From assembly GCA_963785235.1 (NCBI GenBank), contig CAWAUM010000004.1, positions 1 to 64,000 of the forward strand: a stretch of 64,000 bases of DNA, in the 5' to 3' direction. This stretch comes from an uncultured delta proteobacterium (GTDB lineage: Bacteria; Desulfobacterota; Desulfomonilia; UBA1062). The notes beneath the pieces are model-generated. The model saw only the letters and a program-made list of their open reading frames with translations, ran no database searches and was not told the DNA's origin. A program made the translations under genes and the position numbers. Every line of letters starts with the position of its first letter. The stretch's first letter is position 1. This document shows, in pieces, positions 30,391-41,401 of this stretch.

Positions 30391-32825
30391 AATCACTTAT
30401 AGTTGATGTGAACGCAATTCCGGTGCTGCCGGAGATTGCCGACGCCGTGATCAGAATGGCCCTTGATGAAGAGGTCCCTGCAGCGAAAATGGCGCGCCTC
30501 ATTGAGAAGGACCAGGCCCTGACAGCACGAATCCTTTCCATGGCCAACTCAACTTTCTACAAGAGGTCGCGCCAGGTCTATACCGTAAAGGATTCTATAG
30601 TGACCATCGGTTCAGAGGCAGTCAGGTCGTTGGCCCTGGGCTTGAGCATACTCAATATGTTTCCGGGTAAAAAAGATTCCGCCATTGACAGCAAGGAATT
30701 CTGGAGACACTGCATGGGCTGCGCCATATATGCCGAGGCCATGATGGAGAAGATCTCTCCCGGGCTGGGCGGGAAGGCATTCTGTGCCGGGCTTCTCCAC
30801 GATATCGGCAAGCTGGTCCTGGACCTTACGAACCATGAAGAATACGTCTTGGTCATTGAACAGGCACGTGAGGGAACCCGTCCTTTGGAGGAGATCGAAA
30901 AGGAGATACTTGGGGTCACCCATGCCGATGTGGGCCATGATGTGCTTGCACACTGGAAGTTGCCCAGTCTCTATGTCGAGTCCATCTGGTGCCATCATGC
31001 CCCTGTGAAGATCATCGACGATGAGCAGTATAAGATATCGAGCATGGTAAATATTGCCAATACCTTATCCCACATGACCTGCATCGGCTCCTCGGGCAAT
31101 TGCTATCCCCAGCAGGTAACGCCGACACTCCTGAAAAAGTTTTCTCTGGGTACGGATGTCTTGAACGGACTCATGGAGCATATCCCGAAACAGATCGATA
31201 TCATCTGCGATGAGATCGGAATCGGTAAGCCCACTGAAGGCCTTTTCGGCCTGGTGAATAGGGCCAGTATGCGACTGTCCGAGATCTCCATCAGGCTCCA
31301 GCAGACTAGTGTTCAATCAAACCTGGCAAGAAAACGCTCTGACATCTTACTGCTGCTTTTAAAAGAGCTGAACAATACCTCGAAGATATCCGATGCACTT
31401 GCACGGGCATCGGATACGTTGTTCCAGGCAGACCTCGTCAAGGGTTTCATCGGGGGCTTTAAGTTTGGAGAACATAATCTGGTGTTCGAGCACAGAGAAG
31501 GTGGCACGCCTCGATTTATCAAGGTGGGAGATGCCGAGGTCAAAACCATGGTGCTCGATGGAGGTTACACTGCAGGCATGAGCCTCCCCTGGGGTGTGTT
31601 TGTCCATATGGATATCAGCGACCCTGAGATTGGTGACGACCAGGAGTTCATCTCGTCCCTGGTCGGTTCCATAGCCTCCTCATTGCGGCGCATCCATGCC
31701 GAAACTGCACTTCAACAGGAAAAGACCCTGCTCAGGCAGGCCTTAAAGGCCACATCACTTGAGAAACAAAAATCCGAGGACCTGGTGCACCTGAACAGGG
31801 AACTCATGGATGCATCCACCTTCGGGTTGTGCCTTGTGGATGATAAAAACCAGGTCCGAATTGAGAACGCCATGTCATCAGAACTGCGTGGTCTCCTGGG
31901 AATAACCGATAAAGATATCCTGGCTGCCCTAGGAGCATCCGATGGGAATGGTTCTGCACCGCTCAAGGAAGCCCTCGTTTCAAGGACACCCAAAGATGTG
32001 ACCTGGAACACTGATGGCAGGTCTTTCAGGATAACTATGCGGCCTGTTCTGGTGAATAACTGGGCCCTGCTGGCCTTGTGGGACATCACGGGTGAGCTTG
32101 AAGAACAGAAACGGACCCTGGCCTTTGCCAAGATGTCCGTTGTTGGTTCTCTGGCCGCATCCATGGCACATAACATGAAGAGTCCGCTGGGGGCCATACA
32201 TGGATTCACCAGCATCATCCGCGATGACTTAAAGCACAAAAAGATCATGGTGCTCAGAAACAATGAAGAAGACCAGGATCTGCCGGATATGTTAAGCAAT
32301 ATCAGCACCGCATCTGAGAATCTCCTGAAGATAGTAAACCAGCTCCTCAACTTTACCCGGAAATGGGAAAGCCCTGAAGGCGAGTTGGGGCTCGAAGGGT
32401 TCATGGAGGGGATATTCCAGCTCATTGGTGCACAGGCCAATGCTGCCGGGGTGACGCTTGCAAGAGAAATTGAGCCCATACAGATCCGTATGAAGGCTGA
32501 GGCCATTGAACAGGTTATCATCAATATAATGATGAATGCCATCAATGCATCTTCACGGGGTGCTCAGATACTGGTTAAGGCACATCGTAAGGATAATGGT
32601 ATAGAGTTCAGTGTAATCGATTATGGTATCGGGATGAACAAGGATCAGATAAAGAAGATATTCGAACCCCTCTATACGGCATGGCCCCTGAAAACAGGGA
32701 TGGGCTTAGGCCTGTCGCTGGCAAAAGAGATAGTCGAATCCTTAGGGGGTAAGATACAGGTGAGCTCGAAGCTTGCTGAAGGCTCCACTTTCACGGTATG
32801 GATTCCGGAAGGTAAGGGGTACTAA
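30387..32825 (+). CDS. HDOD-domain histidine kinase
   Basis: DQALTARIL..ANS, GLLHDIGK; MAHNMKSPL H-box, NAINA, DYGIGM, GMGLGL. Confidence 0.85.
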   Translation: MKSLIVDVNAIPVLPEIADAVIRMALDEEVPAAKMARLIEKDQALTARILSMANSTFYKRSRQVYTVKDSIVTIGSEAVRSLALGLSILNMFPGKKDSAIDSKEFWRHCMGCAIYAEAMMEKISPGLGGKAFCAGLLHDIGKLVLDLTNHEEYVLVIEQAREGTRPLEEIEKEILGVTHADVGHDVLAHWKLPSLYVESIWCHHAPVKIIDDEQYKISSMVNIANTLSHMTCIGSSGNCYPQQVTPTLLKKFSLGTDVLNGLMEHIPKQIDIICDEIGIGKPTEGLFGLVNRASMRLSEISIRLQQTSVQSNLARKRSDILLLLLKELNNTSKISDALARASDTLFQADLVKGFIGGFKFGEHNLVFEHREGGTPRFIKVGDAEVKTMVLDGGYTAGMSLPWGVFVHMDISDPEIGDDQEFISSLVGSIASSLRRIHAETALQQEKTLLRQALKATSLEKQKSEDLVHLNRELMDASTFGLCLVDDKNQVRIENAMSSELRGLLGITDKDILAALGASDGNGSAPLKEALVSRTPKDVTWNTDGRSFRITMRPVLVNNWALLALWDITGELEEQKRTLAFAKMSVVGSLAASMAHNMKSPLGAIHGFTSIIRDDLKHKKIMVLRNNEEDQDLPDMLSNISTASENLLKIVNQLLNFTRKWESPEGELGLEGFMEGIFQLIGAQANAAGVTLAREIEPIQIRMKAEAIEQVIINIMMNAINASSRGAQILVKAHRKDNGIEFSVIDYGIGMNKDQIKKIFEPLYTAWPLKTGMGLGLSLAKEIVESLGGKIQVSSKLAEGSTFTVWIPEGKGY

Positions 32826-35214
32826 TGGAACATAAGATATTGATTGTCGAAGACGACCTCGTTTTCAGAAATTATCTCTACCAGGTACTCAAATATGATT
32901 ATGACGTAACCGCAGCAGCAGGGCCGCTGGAGGCCATTGAGGCCATTAAACAGAACCCCTACAGCCTTATGATTACAGACCTCAGGATGCCCGATATGGA
33001 TGGGAGGGCATTGGTGGAAAAGGTGCATGGTGAGTTCGATGCATCAATGATGGTAATCGTTATAACAGCTTATGAGGACGACTGGCCCATGGATGTGGCC
33101 ATGAGCTCCAACATTTTCAGGTACCTCCGCAAAGGGGCCTTTCTGCCAAGCGAGCTTAAGCAGAACGTGGAAAAGGCTCTGGAGGTGAGGGGATCGATTG
33201 TAAGCCTTAATGAATACAAGAGACGGGCGGACATACCGGATACCTCTGGCGAAGACACGGCTGCATTAACCGAGCTGCACAAACTGATAGAGGAAAGGAC
33301 CCACACGATCCATGTCCTGGAAAGCAGGCTCTCCAAGCTAACCGAGCATGCAAAGGACATGATCGTATGGCTCGACGGCTCATGCAGGTGCGAATATATC
33401 AACGCCGAGGCGGTCAGGATGCTGGGAGACTCCTATGTTGCTCCGGCAGGCAAGCAGTTCCCCTGGAAAGACATCATCCATCCGGAAGATCAGCCTCTTA
33501 TGGAAAAGATCAAGACCCTTGCCAAGGAGAAGGTGTACCGCGATGAGGGTGAGGTGAGGGTATATTCCGGCTCCAGGTCCATGCTCTACCTGTCTTACAG
33601 GATCTTCTTGGACTATACCGAGGAAGGAAAACTTCTCGGCATGGGCATTGTGGCAGAGGACATCACCCAGCAGAAGGTGGCCGAGCAGGCACTTAAAAAC
33701 GCCAACTGCAAGATCCATGAGTTCAATGAACGGCTTACCGGAGGAGTCTCTCAGAAAATCAAGGCGCTGCGTGAATCGGAGGAGCGCTACAAGAATATTG
33801 TTGAGGACTCGAGTGACATTATTTTCTCCCTCGATGGCGATGCAAGGATACTCTACATGAACAGGAAGGGTCTCCAGACCTTGGGGATGAGCTTGAGGCT
33901 GTATCAGGAACCCACTGCAGCTCTTTCATAGGGGATGAAGTATCCGAGAAGAAGCTCCGTGAGATCATCAACATGATGGGCAGCAGCGATTACCACGAGC
34001 CCTTTGATCTTGCCATCGATACACCCTCAGGCCGCAAGATATACCAGGCCGATCTGGTGAAGATCGGAGATAAGAACAAGCCCGAGACCGTGTGCGTGGC
34101 GAAAGACATAAGTGAAGACATAGCAAAGAAAAAGCGGCTCCAGCTTCTTGCCAATATCGAGCATTACAGCGCGGATGCCATTATCGGTCTTGATGGTAAT
34201 GGCAGGATCATATCCTGGAACCAGGGAGCGCACATGATATTCGGCTGGATGGAAGGAGAGGCCAGGGGCAGGGACCTCCTCATCATGGTGTCTGAAGACG
34301 GTATCAAAGAGGCCGAGGCTATGCTCGGCGATGTCAGATCCAAGGGGCTCGTCAAGGATCATGAGACCAGGATGAGGACAAAAAATGGCCAGGTGCTGGA
34401 TGTGACGCTCACAATGACTGCGCTCCGTGATGAGTCCGGAGAGATCACCGGGTTCTCGGCCATTATTATGGACCTTACGGAAAAGAAGAGGATGGAAGCC
34501 GCGCTCATTCAGACCGAAAGGCTTGCAGCAATGGGCAAGCTTTCAGCAAGCATCGCCCATGAGATCAATAACCCGCTGTATGGCATAAGGAGTTGTCTGA
34601 ATCATGTCCTGAGTGCGGACAAGGGGAACATTGATCAGCAGTTTGTCCGGCTTGCCATCAAGGAAACCGACCGGATCGCAGACCTGATCCGTAATATGAA
34701 GACCTTCTATCAGCCCAACGATGGCAAGGAGCAGAGCGTGGACATCCATGAGGTGCTCCGCGAGGTTTTCATCCTCAACAGGAAATACCTTGAAGAAAAT
34801 ATGGTTAAACTGATCTTTAATCCGGCAGGTTCCCTCCCTATTGAATGCATGCCTGAGCAGATCAAGCAGGTCTTTATCAACATCGTTACCAATGCGGCAG
34901 AGGCAATGCCCGATGGCGGTGATCTGATTGTGGAGACACACAAGTCGGAAGAAAGCCAGGAGATCGTGGTCAGTTTCCACGATAACGGTGTGGGAATCGC
35001 CCGGGATGACCTGCCGCAGATCTTTGACATGTTCTATTCAAAGAAACCCATGGTCAAAGGGGTAGGGCTGGGGCTCTCGGTGAGTTATGGTATTGTCAAG
35101 CGCCACGGCGGAACAATGAAGGTGACCAGCGAGGAAGGTAAATGCACCACAGTAACCGTGACATTACCTGTGAAACCACCTACTGCGCGCCAGATGCAGC
35201 TGGACCTGAAATAA
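32825..35214 (+). CDS. receiver-PAS-PAS-PAS histidine kinase (frameshift near 33900)
   Basis: ILIVEDD and DLRMPDMDG receiver, PAS domains, IAHEINNPL, DNGVGI, GVGLGL. Confidence 0.8.
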
Positions 35215-35215
35215 C

Positions 35216-36097
35216 ATGAGTCCAATCTTCTCGTCAGGGTATGTAACCATTGTCGGAAGGCCCAATGTAGGAAAATCCACCTTTCTGAACCGGATCATGG
35301 AGACCAAGCTCGCCATAACTACAAATAAACCCCAGACAACCCGTGACCGTATCATGGGGATATGGAATGCACCGGATGCCCAGATAGTATTTCTGGATAC
35401 ACCGGGCATCCACGTCTCGGATAAGGCTTTGAACCGCTATATGCTCGACAAGGCCGTGGCTACCATCTCGGATGCAGACATTGTGCTTGTCATGGCAGAC
35501 CACCTGGATACCTTGGAGAAGATCACAGAGGTGGTTAAATTTATTCCGCAAACAGGCAAGGAAGCAATTCTCGCCATCAACAAGGCCGATTTGGCAAGTG
35601 AGGCTGCACTTTCCGAAAAGCTCCGCGAATTGGCTCCGGCATACCCGTTTTGTTTTACGTGCTGCATCTCATCTACCCTTGGGACCGGTATTGATACGCT
35701 GTTAGCCGAGATAAAGAAGCGTCTGCCTGAAGGCCCCCAGTACTTCCCCGACGACATGATCACCGATGCACCCGAGCGTTTTTTCTGCAAGGAGATCATC
35801 AGGGAGAAGGCCTTCGAGCTTACGCAGAAGGAAATACCGTATGCAGTGGCGGTTGAAATCGAGGAGTTCCGTGAGGCAGAGCCTGTATTCATCCGCGCCG
35901 TCATCCATGTGGAGCGGCAGTCTCAAAAGGTGATCATAATCGGATCTCGCGGGAAGAAGCTCAAGGAGATCGGCACACAGGCCAGGCTGGAAATCGAAAA
36001 GCATTTAGGGTGCAGGGTCTTTCTGGAACTCTTTGTGCGGGTCACCAAGGACTGGTCAAAAGATCCTAAGAGCCTGAAAGAGCTGGGATATCGATAA
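35216..36097 (+). CDS. era: GTPase Era
   Basis: GRPNVGKS, KPQTTR, DTPG, NKAD, EIPY, KH domain. Confidence 0.95.
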   Translation: MSPIFSSGYVTIVGRPNVGKSTFLNRIMETKLAITTNKPQTTRDRIMGIWNAPDAQIVFLDTPGIHVSDKALNRYMLDKAVATISDADIVLVMADHLDTLEKITEVVKFIPQTGKEAILAINKADLASEAALSEKLRELAPAYPFCFTCCISSTLGTGIDTLLAEIKKRLPEGPQYFPDDMITDAPERFFCKEIIREKAFELTQKEIPYAVAVEIEEFREAEPVFIRAVIHVERQSQKVIIIGSRGKKLKEIGTQARLEIEKHLGCRVFLELFVRVTKDWSKDPKSLKELGYR

Positions 36098-37407
36098 TGC
36101 CGGTCGTCGCCATCGTAGGCAGGCCCAATGTGGGCAAATCAACGCTGTTCAACCTCCTCATAGGGGAGCGCCGGGCCATTGTCGGCCCGCAGCGCGGCAT
36201 TACCCGGGACAGGATATACGGCAGATGGGCCATAGGCGAGGGATTAGAGGTAGACCTGGTGGATACGGGCGGGTACGACACCATAGGCGACATGCCGTTT
36301 GCCCAGTCCGTGCGCGATCAGACCGTCCTTGCCATTGACGATGCAGACCTGATCCTGTGTCTTTTTGATGCCAAGTCACCACCCACACCCGATGACAAGG
36401 AGCTGGTGAACATCCTGCGAAAGGCGAGTGCCCAGGTGATATTCATTGCCAACAAGGTGGATGATCTATCAGTCGGACACTCTGCTGCTGCGCTGTGCGA
36501 GCTGGGCATAGACGAGCCCATAGAGATCTCTGCGCTCAATAAAAAGAGTATCCTCACCTTGAAGGAAGCCGTAAGCGAGCGCCTGTCCCCAAACAAAATA
36601 TTGTCTGTTGAAACCCAGACGGATGCGGTGCGTGTGAGCATCCTGGGCAGGCCCAATGTGGGCAAATCGCTCCTTCTCAACAAGATCATAGGAGAGGATA
36701 GGGCCATCGTATCTCCAGTGGCCGGCACGACCAGGGATTATGTTGATATCGCCATAGAGCACGTACATAAAAAGTATATTTTTGTTGATACGGCGGGCAT
36801 CCGGAGAAAGGCCCGCATCGATGATGAAATAGAACGGTTCAGCGTCATGCGGTCGCTGCAGAATATAAACCTCTCACATATATGCCTGATGGTCGTAGAC
36901 CCGCTCGAAGGACTCACCGACCAGGACAAGCGCTTGTGCGGCCTCATCATGGAGCACGGCAGGGCCTTTGTGCTGGTGGTGAACAAGTGCGACCTCATGA
37001 GTGATGTGGAGTTGAAGAATGTGAGAGAAAATATCAGGCATTCACTCAGGTTCATGCCCGATGCCCACCTGGCCTTCACCTCGGCACTGACCGGCAAGAA
37101 TGTGGACAGCCTTTATCCCCTCATCGACGAACTGTTCATGAAGACGACGACCCGTGTCTCCACCGGCATACTCAACCGCCTCATGGCCGACATCGCGGAT
37201 TCCCACACCCCGCCCATGATCAGAAACAGGTCGCTGAAACTCTATTACATCACCCAGACCAGCATCGTGCCGCCGCGCTTTCAGGTCGTGGTGAACTATC
37301 CGAAAGACGTCCCTGCAACCTATTCGCGCTTCCTCACCCACTCGGTGAAGAAGGCATGCGGCATGGAGGGGATTCCTATCATACTTAACTTCATGGGGAA
37401 GAAGTAG
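36097..37407 (+). CDS. der: ribosome biogenesis GTPase Der
   Basis: Two GRPNVGKS G-domains, DTGG and DTAG. Confidence 0.95.
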   Translation: MPVVAIVGRPNVGKSTLFNLLIGERRAIVGPQRGITRDRIYGRWAIGEGLEVDLVDTGGYDTIGDMPFAQSVRDQTVLAIDDADLILCLFDAKSPPTPDDKELVNILRKASAQVIFIANKVDDLSVGHSAAALCELGIDEPIEISALNKKSILTLKEAVSERLSPNKILSVETQTDAVRVSILGRPNVGKSLLLNKIIGEDRAIVSPVAGTTRDYVDIAIEHVHKKYIFVDTAGIRRKARIDDEIERFSVMRSLQNINLSHICLMVVDPLEGLTDQDKRLCGLIMEHGRAFVLVVNKCDLMSDVELKNVRENIRHSLRFMPDAHLAFTSALTGKNVDSLYPLIDELFMKTTTRVSTGILNRLMADIADSHTPPMIRNRSLKLYYITQTSIVPPRFQVVVNYPKDVPATYSRFLTHSVKKACGMEGIPIILNFMGKK

Positions 37408-37426
37408 AAGAGCATTTTGGGACTTG

Positions 37427-37470
37427 TTTTTAAAACAGGTCCGTTCAAAATCTTCAAGATGCCCGTTTTT
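37427..37470. repeat. internally deleted copy of the 41171 palindrome family
   Basis: TTTTTAAAACAGGTCCGTTCAAAA and CAAGATGCCCGTTTTT match the arms of 41171-41270. Confidence 0.5.
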
Positions 37471-37543
37471 GCTGAATTTGAAAACTTCCTTGACTTATCG
37501 GAAGAGATGAGTTTCTATAAATAGAAACAATGGTGATCAAAGA

Positions 37544-37663
37544 GAGCCACTTGCAGAAGTCCAAGATTGTCATTCCCGCGGAAGCGGGAATCCAGTATTT
37601 TCTAGAACTTCTGGACCCCCGCTTTCGCGGGGGTGACGACTTTTTAAGTTTTGCAATTGGCTC
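37544..37663. mobile_element. ~120-bp MITE with perfect 4-bp target duplication AAGA
   Basis: AAGA|GAGCCACTTGCAG...TTTTGCAATTGGCTC|AAGA, internal GTCATTCCCGCGGAAGCGGGAATCCAG. Confidence 0.85.
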
Positions 37664-37686
37664 AAGAATAATATGGAGGATTGCGC

Positions 37687-39070
37687 ATGAAAGTTTTTCT
37701 TCGAGAAGATGAAATCCCAAGACAATGGTACAACCTGGCAGCCGACTTGCCTACTCCGATGCTGCCGCCGCTCGGTCCCGACGGTAATCCTGTCACGCCG
37801 GAGTCCCTTGCTCCTGTTTTCCCCATGAATCTCATTGAGCAGGAAGTGAGCCAGAAGCGGTGGATCGACATCCCGGAAGGGATACTCGAACTCCTGTACC
37901 AGTGGAGACCGTCGCCGCTCCATCGGGCAGTCTATCTTGAAAAGGCGCTCAAGACGCCGGCCAAGATCTATTTCAAAAACGAAGGTGTTTCTCCTGCCGG
38001 CAGTCACAAACCCAATACCGCCATTCCCCAGGCCTGGTACAATAAACAGTTCGGAATAGAAAAGATCACCACGGAAACCGGGGCCGGACAGTGGGGAAGC
38101 GCCTTATCCTATGCCTGCGCCCTCATCGGGCTGGAGTGCAAGGTATTTATGGTCCGAATCAGTTTCGAGCAGAAGCCTTTCCGGAAACTCATGATGAACC
38201 TATGGGGTGCGTGAATGCATAGCGAGCCCATCCACCCTGACACAGGCAGGCCGTGATATCCTGGCCAAGGACCCGGATACACCGGGAAGCCTCGGCATAG
38301 CCATCAGTGAGGCCATTGAAACGGCAGTCAGCGACCCGACCGGGAAGACGAGATATTCACTTGGGAGCGTACTGAACCATGTCATGCTCCATCAGACCAT
38401 TATCGGGCTCGAGGCAAAGAAACAGCTGGAAAAGATCAATGAGAAGAAGGTGGATGTGGTCATCGGATGTGCAGGCGGCGGGAGCAATTTTGCCGGCATC
38501 GCATTCCCCTATGTGCTGGACAAGATCAACGGCGCCCAGATCGATATCATCCCGGTGGAACCGTCATCCTGTCCTACCTTGACACGGGCGCCTTTTGCCT
38601 ACGACCACGGTGATGTCGCCAAGATGACCCCGCTGCTGCCCATGCACTCCCTGGGACATGAATTTGTCTCGCCCCCGATCCATGCCGGAGGGTTGCGTTA
38701 TCACGGGATGGCTCCCCTGGTAAGCGCTGCCGCGGTTGAGGGGCTCATAACACCCCGCGCCGTGGATCAGCTCAAGTGTTACGAGAGTGCAATGTTGTGG
38801 GCCAGGACCGAAGGCTTTATCCCGGCGCCTGAGACCTCACACGCCATTGCGGCAGTGATAGATGAGGCGATCAAGGCCAGGGAAGAGGGCAAGGAGAAGG
38901 TCATCCTCTTTAACTGGAGCGGGCATGGGCTCATGGACCTCAAGGGCTACGAGAGTTTCATGGAGGGCAAGCTTATGGACTATCCGCTTCCTGAAGAAGA
39001 CCTCCAGAGGTCCATCAAGTCCTTGAACGGCCTCCCAATACCCAAGGTCTCAAAGACAGGGAGATGGTAA
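37687..39070 (+). CDS. trpB2: TrpB2 (tryptophan synthase beta-like); frameshift near 38210
   Basis: [45 protein letters not shown]. Confidence 0.9.
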
Positions 39071-39102
39071 GAATAGAGAAATATCCATACTTCTGACTTC
39101 AC

Positions 39103-39138
39103 GACCAGGTGCCCAATATTCGGGCACCTGGTTTCTTT
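39103..39138 (+). terminator. intrinsic terminator
   Basis: ACCAGGTGCCC-aatattc-GGGCACCTGGT-TTCTTT. Confidence 0.8.
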
Positions 39139-39304
39139 GTAATCTGCTAGTTATACCTATGCACAAAGAATTTGGGTTGCGTTAAATAAGACTGATATGC
39201 ATGATGTTAAAGATTGATCATTTGGGGATTGCGTGCTCCGGGGTTATGTACCAAAGACAATTTGGACATGATAAATTTATGTCTTGGTTAGTGCCATATA
39301 TTGA

Positions 39305-39610
39305 ATGAGGAAGTTGAGAGTGATTTATAATTTTGAGTGGGATCCTTTAAAAGCCAAAGATAATATAACGAAGCATAAAGTTAGCTTTGAGCAAGCTGCG
39401 ACTGTTTTTAAAGACCCGAATGCAATATCAATTTTTGATAATGATCACAGTGCAGGCGAGGACCGCTGGATCACTATGGGCCTGATATCCAATGGTACAT
39501 TGATTGTTGTACATCATACATATAAACTGATAGATAATGAAACTGGTGAAATCCGAGTTATATCAAGCCGAAAAGCTTCAAAGAAAGAAAAGAAACAATA
39601 TGTGGGGTGA
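39305..39610 (+). CDS. BrnT family toxin (start may be GTG at 39320)
   Basis: FEWDPLKAKDNITKHKVSFEQA, EDRWITMG, IRVISSR. Confidence 0.9.
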   Translation: MRKLRVIYNFEWDPLKAKDNITKHKVSFEQAATVFKDPNAISIFDNDHSAGEDRWITMGLISNGTLIVVHHTYKLIDNETGEIRVISSRKASKKEKKQYVG

Positions 39611-39618
39611 TCAGGCCG

Positions 39619-39819
39619 ATGAAGAAAGAGTATGATTTCTCAAAGGGAGAACGCGGGAAATATTTTAAGCCCGGGATTAAACTAAATTTACCGATTTATC
39701 TGGATCCGGAAGTCTTGCCCGTTATTGAGCAAATAGCTGAGAAGAAAAATACTGATCTTTCCACAGTCGTAAATGATCTCATAAGAAGTGATCTTATGAT
39801 TGCTGAATATATAAAATAA
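39619..39819 (+). CDS. BrnA/CopG-like antitoxin
   Basis: MKKEYDFSKGERGK, IYLDPEV, VNDLIR. Confidence 0.8.
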   Translation: MKKEYDFSKGERGKYFKPGIKLNLPIYLDPEVLPVIEQIAEKKNTDLSTVVNDLIRSDLMIAEYIK

Positions 39820-39873
39820 TCTTACGTTAACAAGATAAATAGGCGCTGTCGCATTTAATCAAATAAGGCTTGC

Positions 39874-41015
39874 TCAGTACAGTTCGTACTTCACCAGTCT
39901 ACCATCGAGCTGACCGTTTTTCAGCGGCTTTTTCCACGCAGTCCTGAGCCCTACTTTCTTGATGAGCTCCCGGTTGCCGAAATACACATATGCGGTTGAA
40001 CCGGTGCAGCGCTGCTTGAGAAAATCTCCGAACTCCGTCATGAACGCCCCCATGTCCTGGCTGTTTTTCATCCTCAGCCCATAGGGCGGGTTGCAGACAA
40101 TGGTTGTGTCTTTCATGGATTCAATGTCCTGAAACCTCAATTTTGAAAATCTGATATTCCTGCCCGAAGGGAGGTTGCGGCTGTTCAACCTTGCCATTTC
40201 GATGGCCTGCAAAGAGATGTCACTGCCTGCGATAAGGCCTTCTTTGAGAGGTCGTATCTTCTTGTCCGCCTCTTTCTTTACTGAAATCCAGGTGTGCTCG
40301 TCAAAGTCGGGCATGAAGCGAAACCGAATGACTCCCGGAAATATCCCGAAGGTATTGTGCAGTAATGCATAAGGGCCTCGAGCAGGAGCGTGCCGGAGCC
40401 GCACATGGGGTCGTACAGCGGTGTGAGGCCGTTCCAGCCGCTCAGGCGGATGATGGCGGCCGCAAGGGTTTCCTGCATGGGCGCATCAACCGCCTCTTCC
40501 CGGTATCCCCTGCGGTGCAGCGAGCCGCCTGACGTATCCAGGTAGATGGTGGCCTTGTTCTTGGAGATGTGGAGGTTGAAGCAGATATCCGCATTGATCC
40601 TTTCCACATTGGGCCTGTCGTCATATTTGTCCCTGAAGCTGTCCACAATGGCATCTTTCAGGATCAGCGCTGCATACTGGGAATGGTTGATTATGCTGTT
40701 GGATACGTTTGCGGAGATTACAAAGGTGTTGTCCAGGGAGAAGAGCTCGGTCCAGGGTATGGTCCGGGCAGTCTTATAGAGGTAATCGGTGCTGTGGCAG
40801 TCAAAGGTCAACAGGGGCGCAAGCACCCTGCTTATGATCCTGGCAGTGTAATTGATGCGGTAGAGGGCCTCATTGTCCGCGGAAAAATACAGCCCGCGGA
40901 ACGTCGGCTTTACGTCCTGTGCACCAAGACCGGTCAGTTCTTCAACGCCCAGTTCATCCATCCCGTCAGCGATCTGGGCGAAAAACCGGTTGCTCATCTG
41001 GTAGTTGTATATCAC
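39874..41015 (-). CDS. THUMP-domain RNA methyltransferase (RlmL-like); frameshift near 40335, start uncertain
   Basis: SLHRRGYR, APMQETLAA, DPMCGSGT, CNPPYG. Confidence 0.85.
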
Positions 41016-41170
41016 TTCTGTCTGGGTCCTTTCGTTATGGCTGGGTATTAGATCACAGATCATATAGATGGTGATACTGTTTTTGTGCTTTTTATTATCA
41101 GGCCTTTGCTGCATCGGCTGATGGTTATGATGAATCAGGAGTTTGTGTATGAGAAGCGTAAAAAATCTGA

Positions 41171-41256
41171 TCCGTTAAAAACCGTCATCTTGCAGCCTTC
41201 GAGGAGTGCTGATTTTCTCGGTCCTTCAATGCTGCAAGATGACGGTTTTTAACGGA
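41171..41256. repeat. perfect 26-bp inverted repeat with 34-nt spacer
   Basis: TCCGTTAAAAACCGTCATCTTGCAGC / GCTGCAAGATGACGGTTTTTAACGGA. Confidence 0.85.
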
Positions 41257-41401
41257 CCTGGTTTTAAAAAAATACCATTGTCGCTATATGTTTTATGCTT
41301 ACTACCTGAAACGCTTACCGTAATTATTGGTACATTCAATTGCAGAATACGCCATGAAGCAAGCATTGACAAAAGCCACGGCATTGACTACGACACCAAC
41401 A

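Noticed and set aside
38200-38216. TGA splitting trpB2 as possible selenocysteine, given selC
   Set aside because: The downstream half is in a different frame, so this is an indel. No in-frame Sec candidate was seen in the window.
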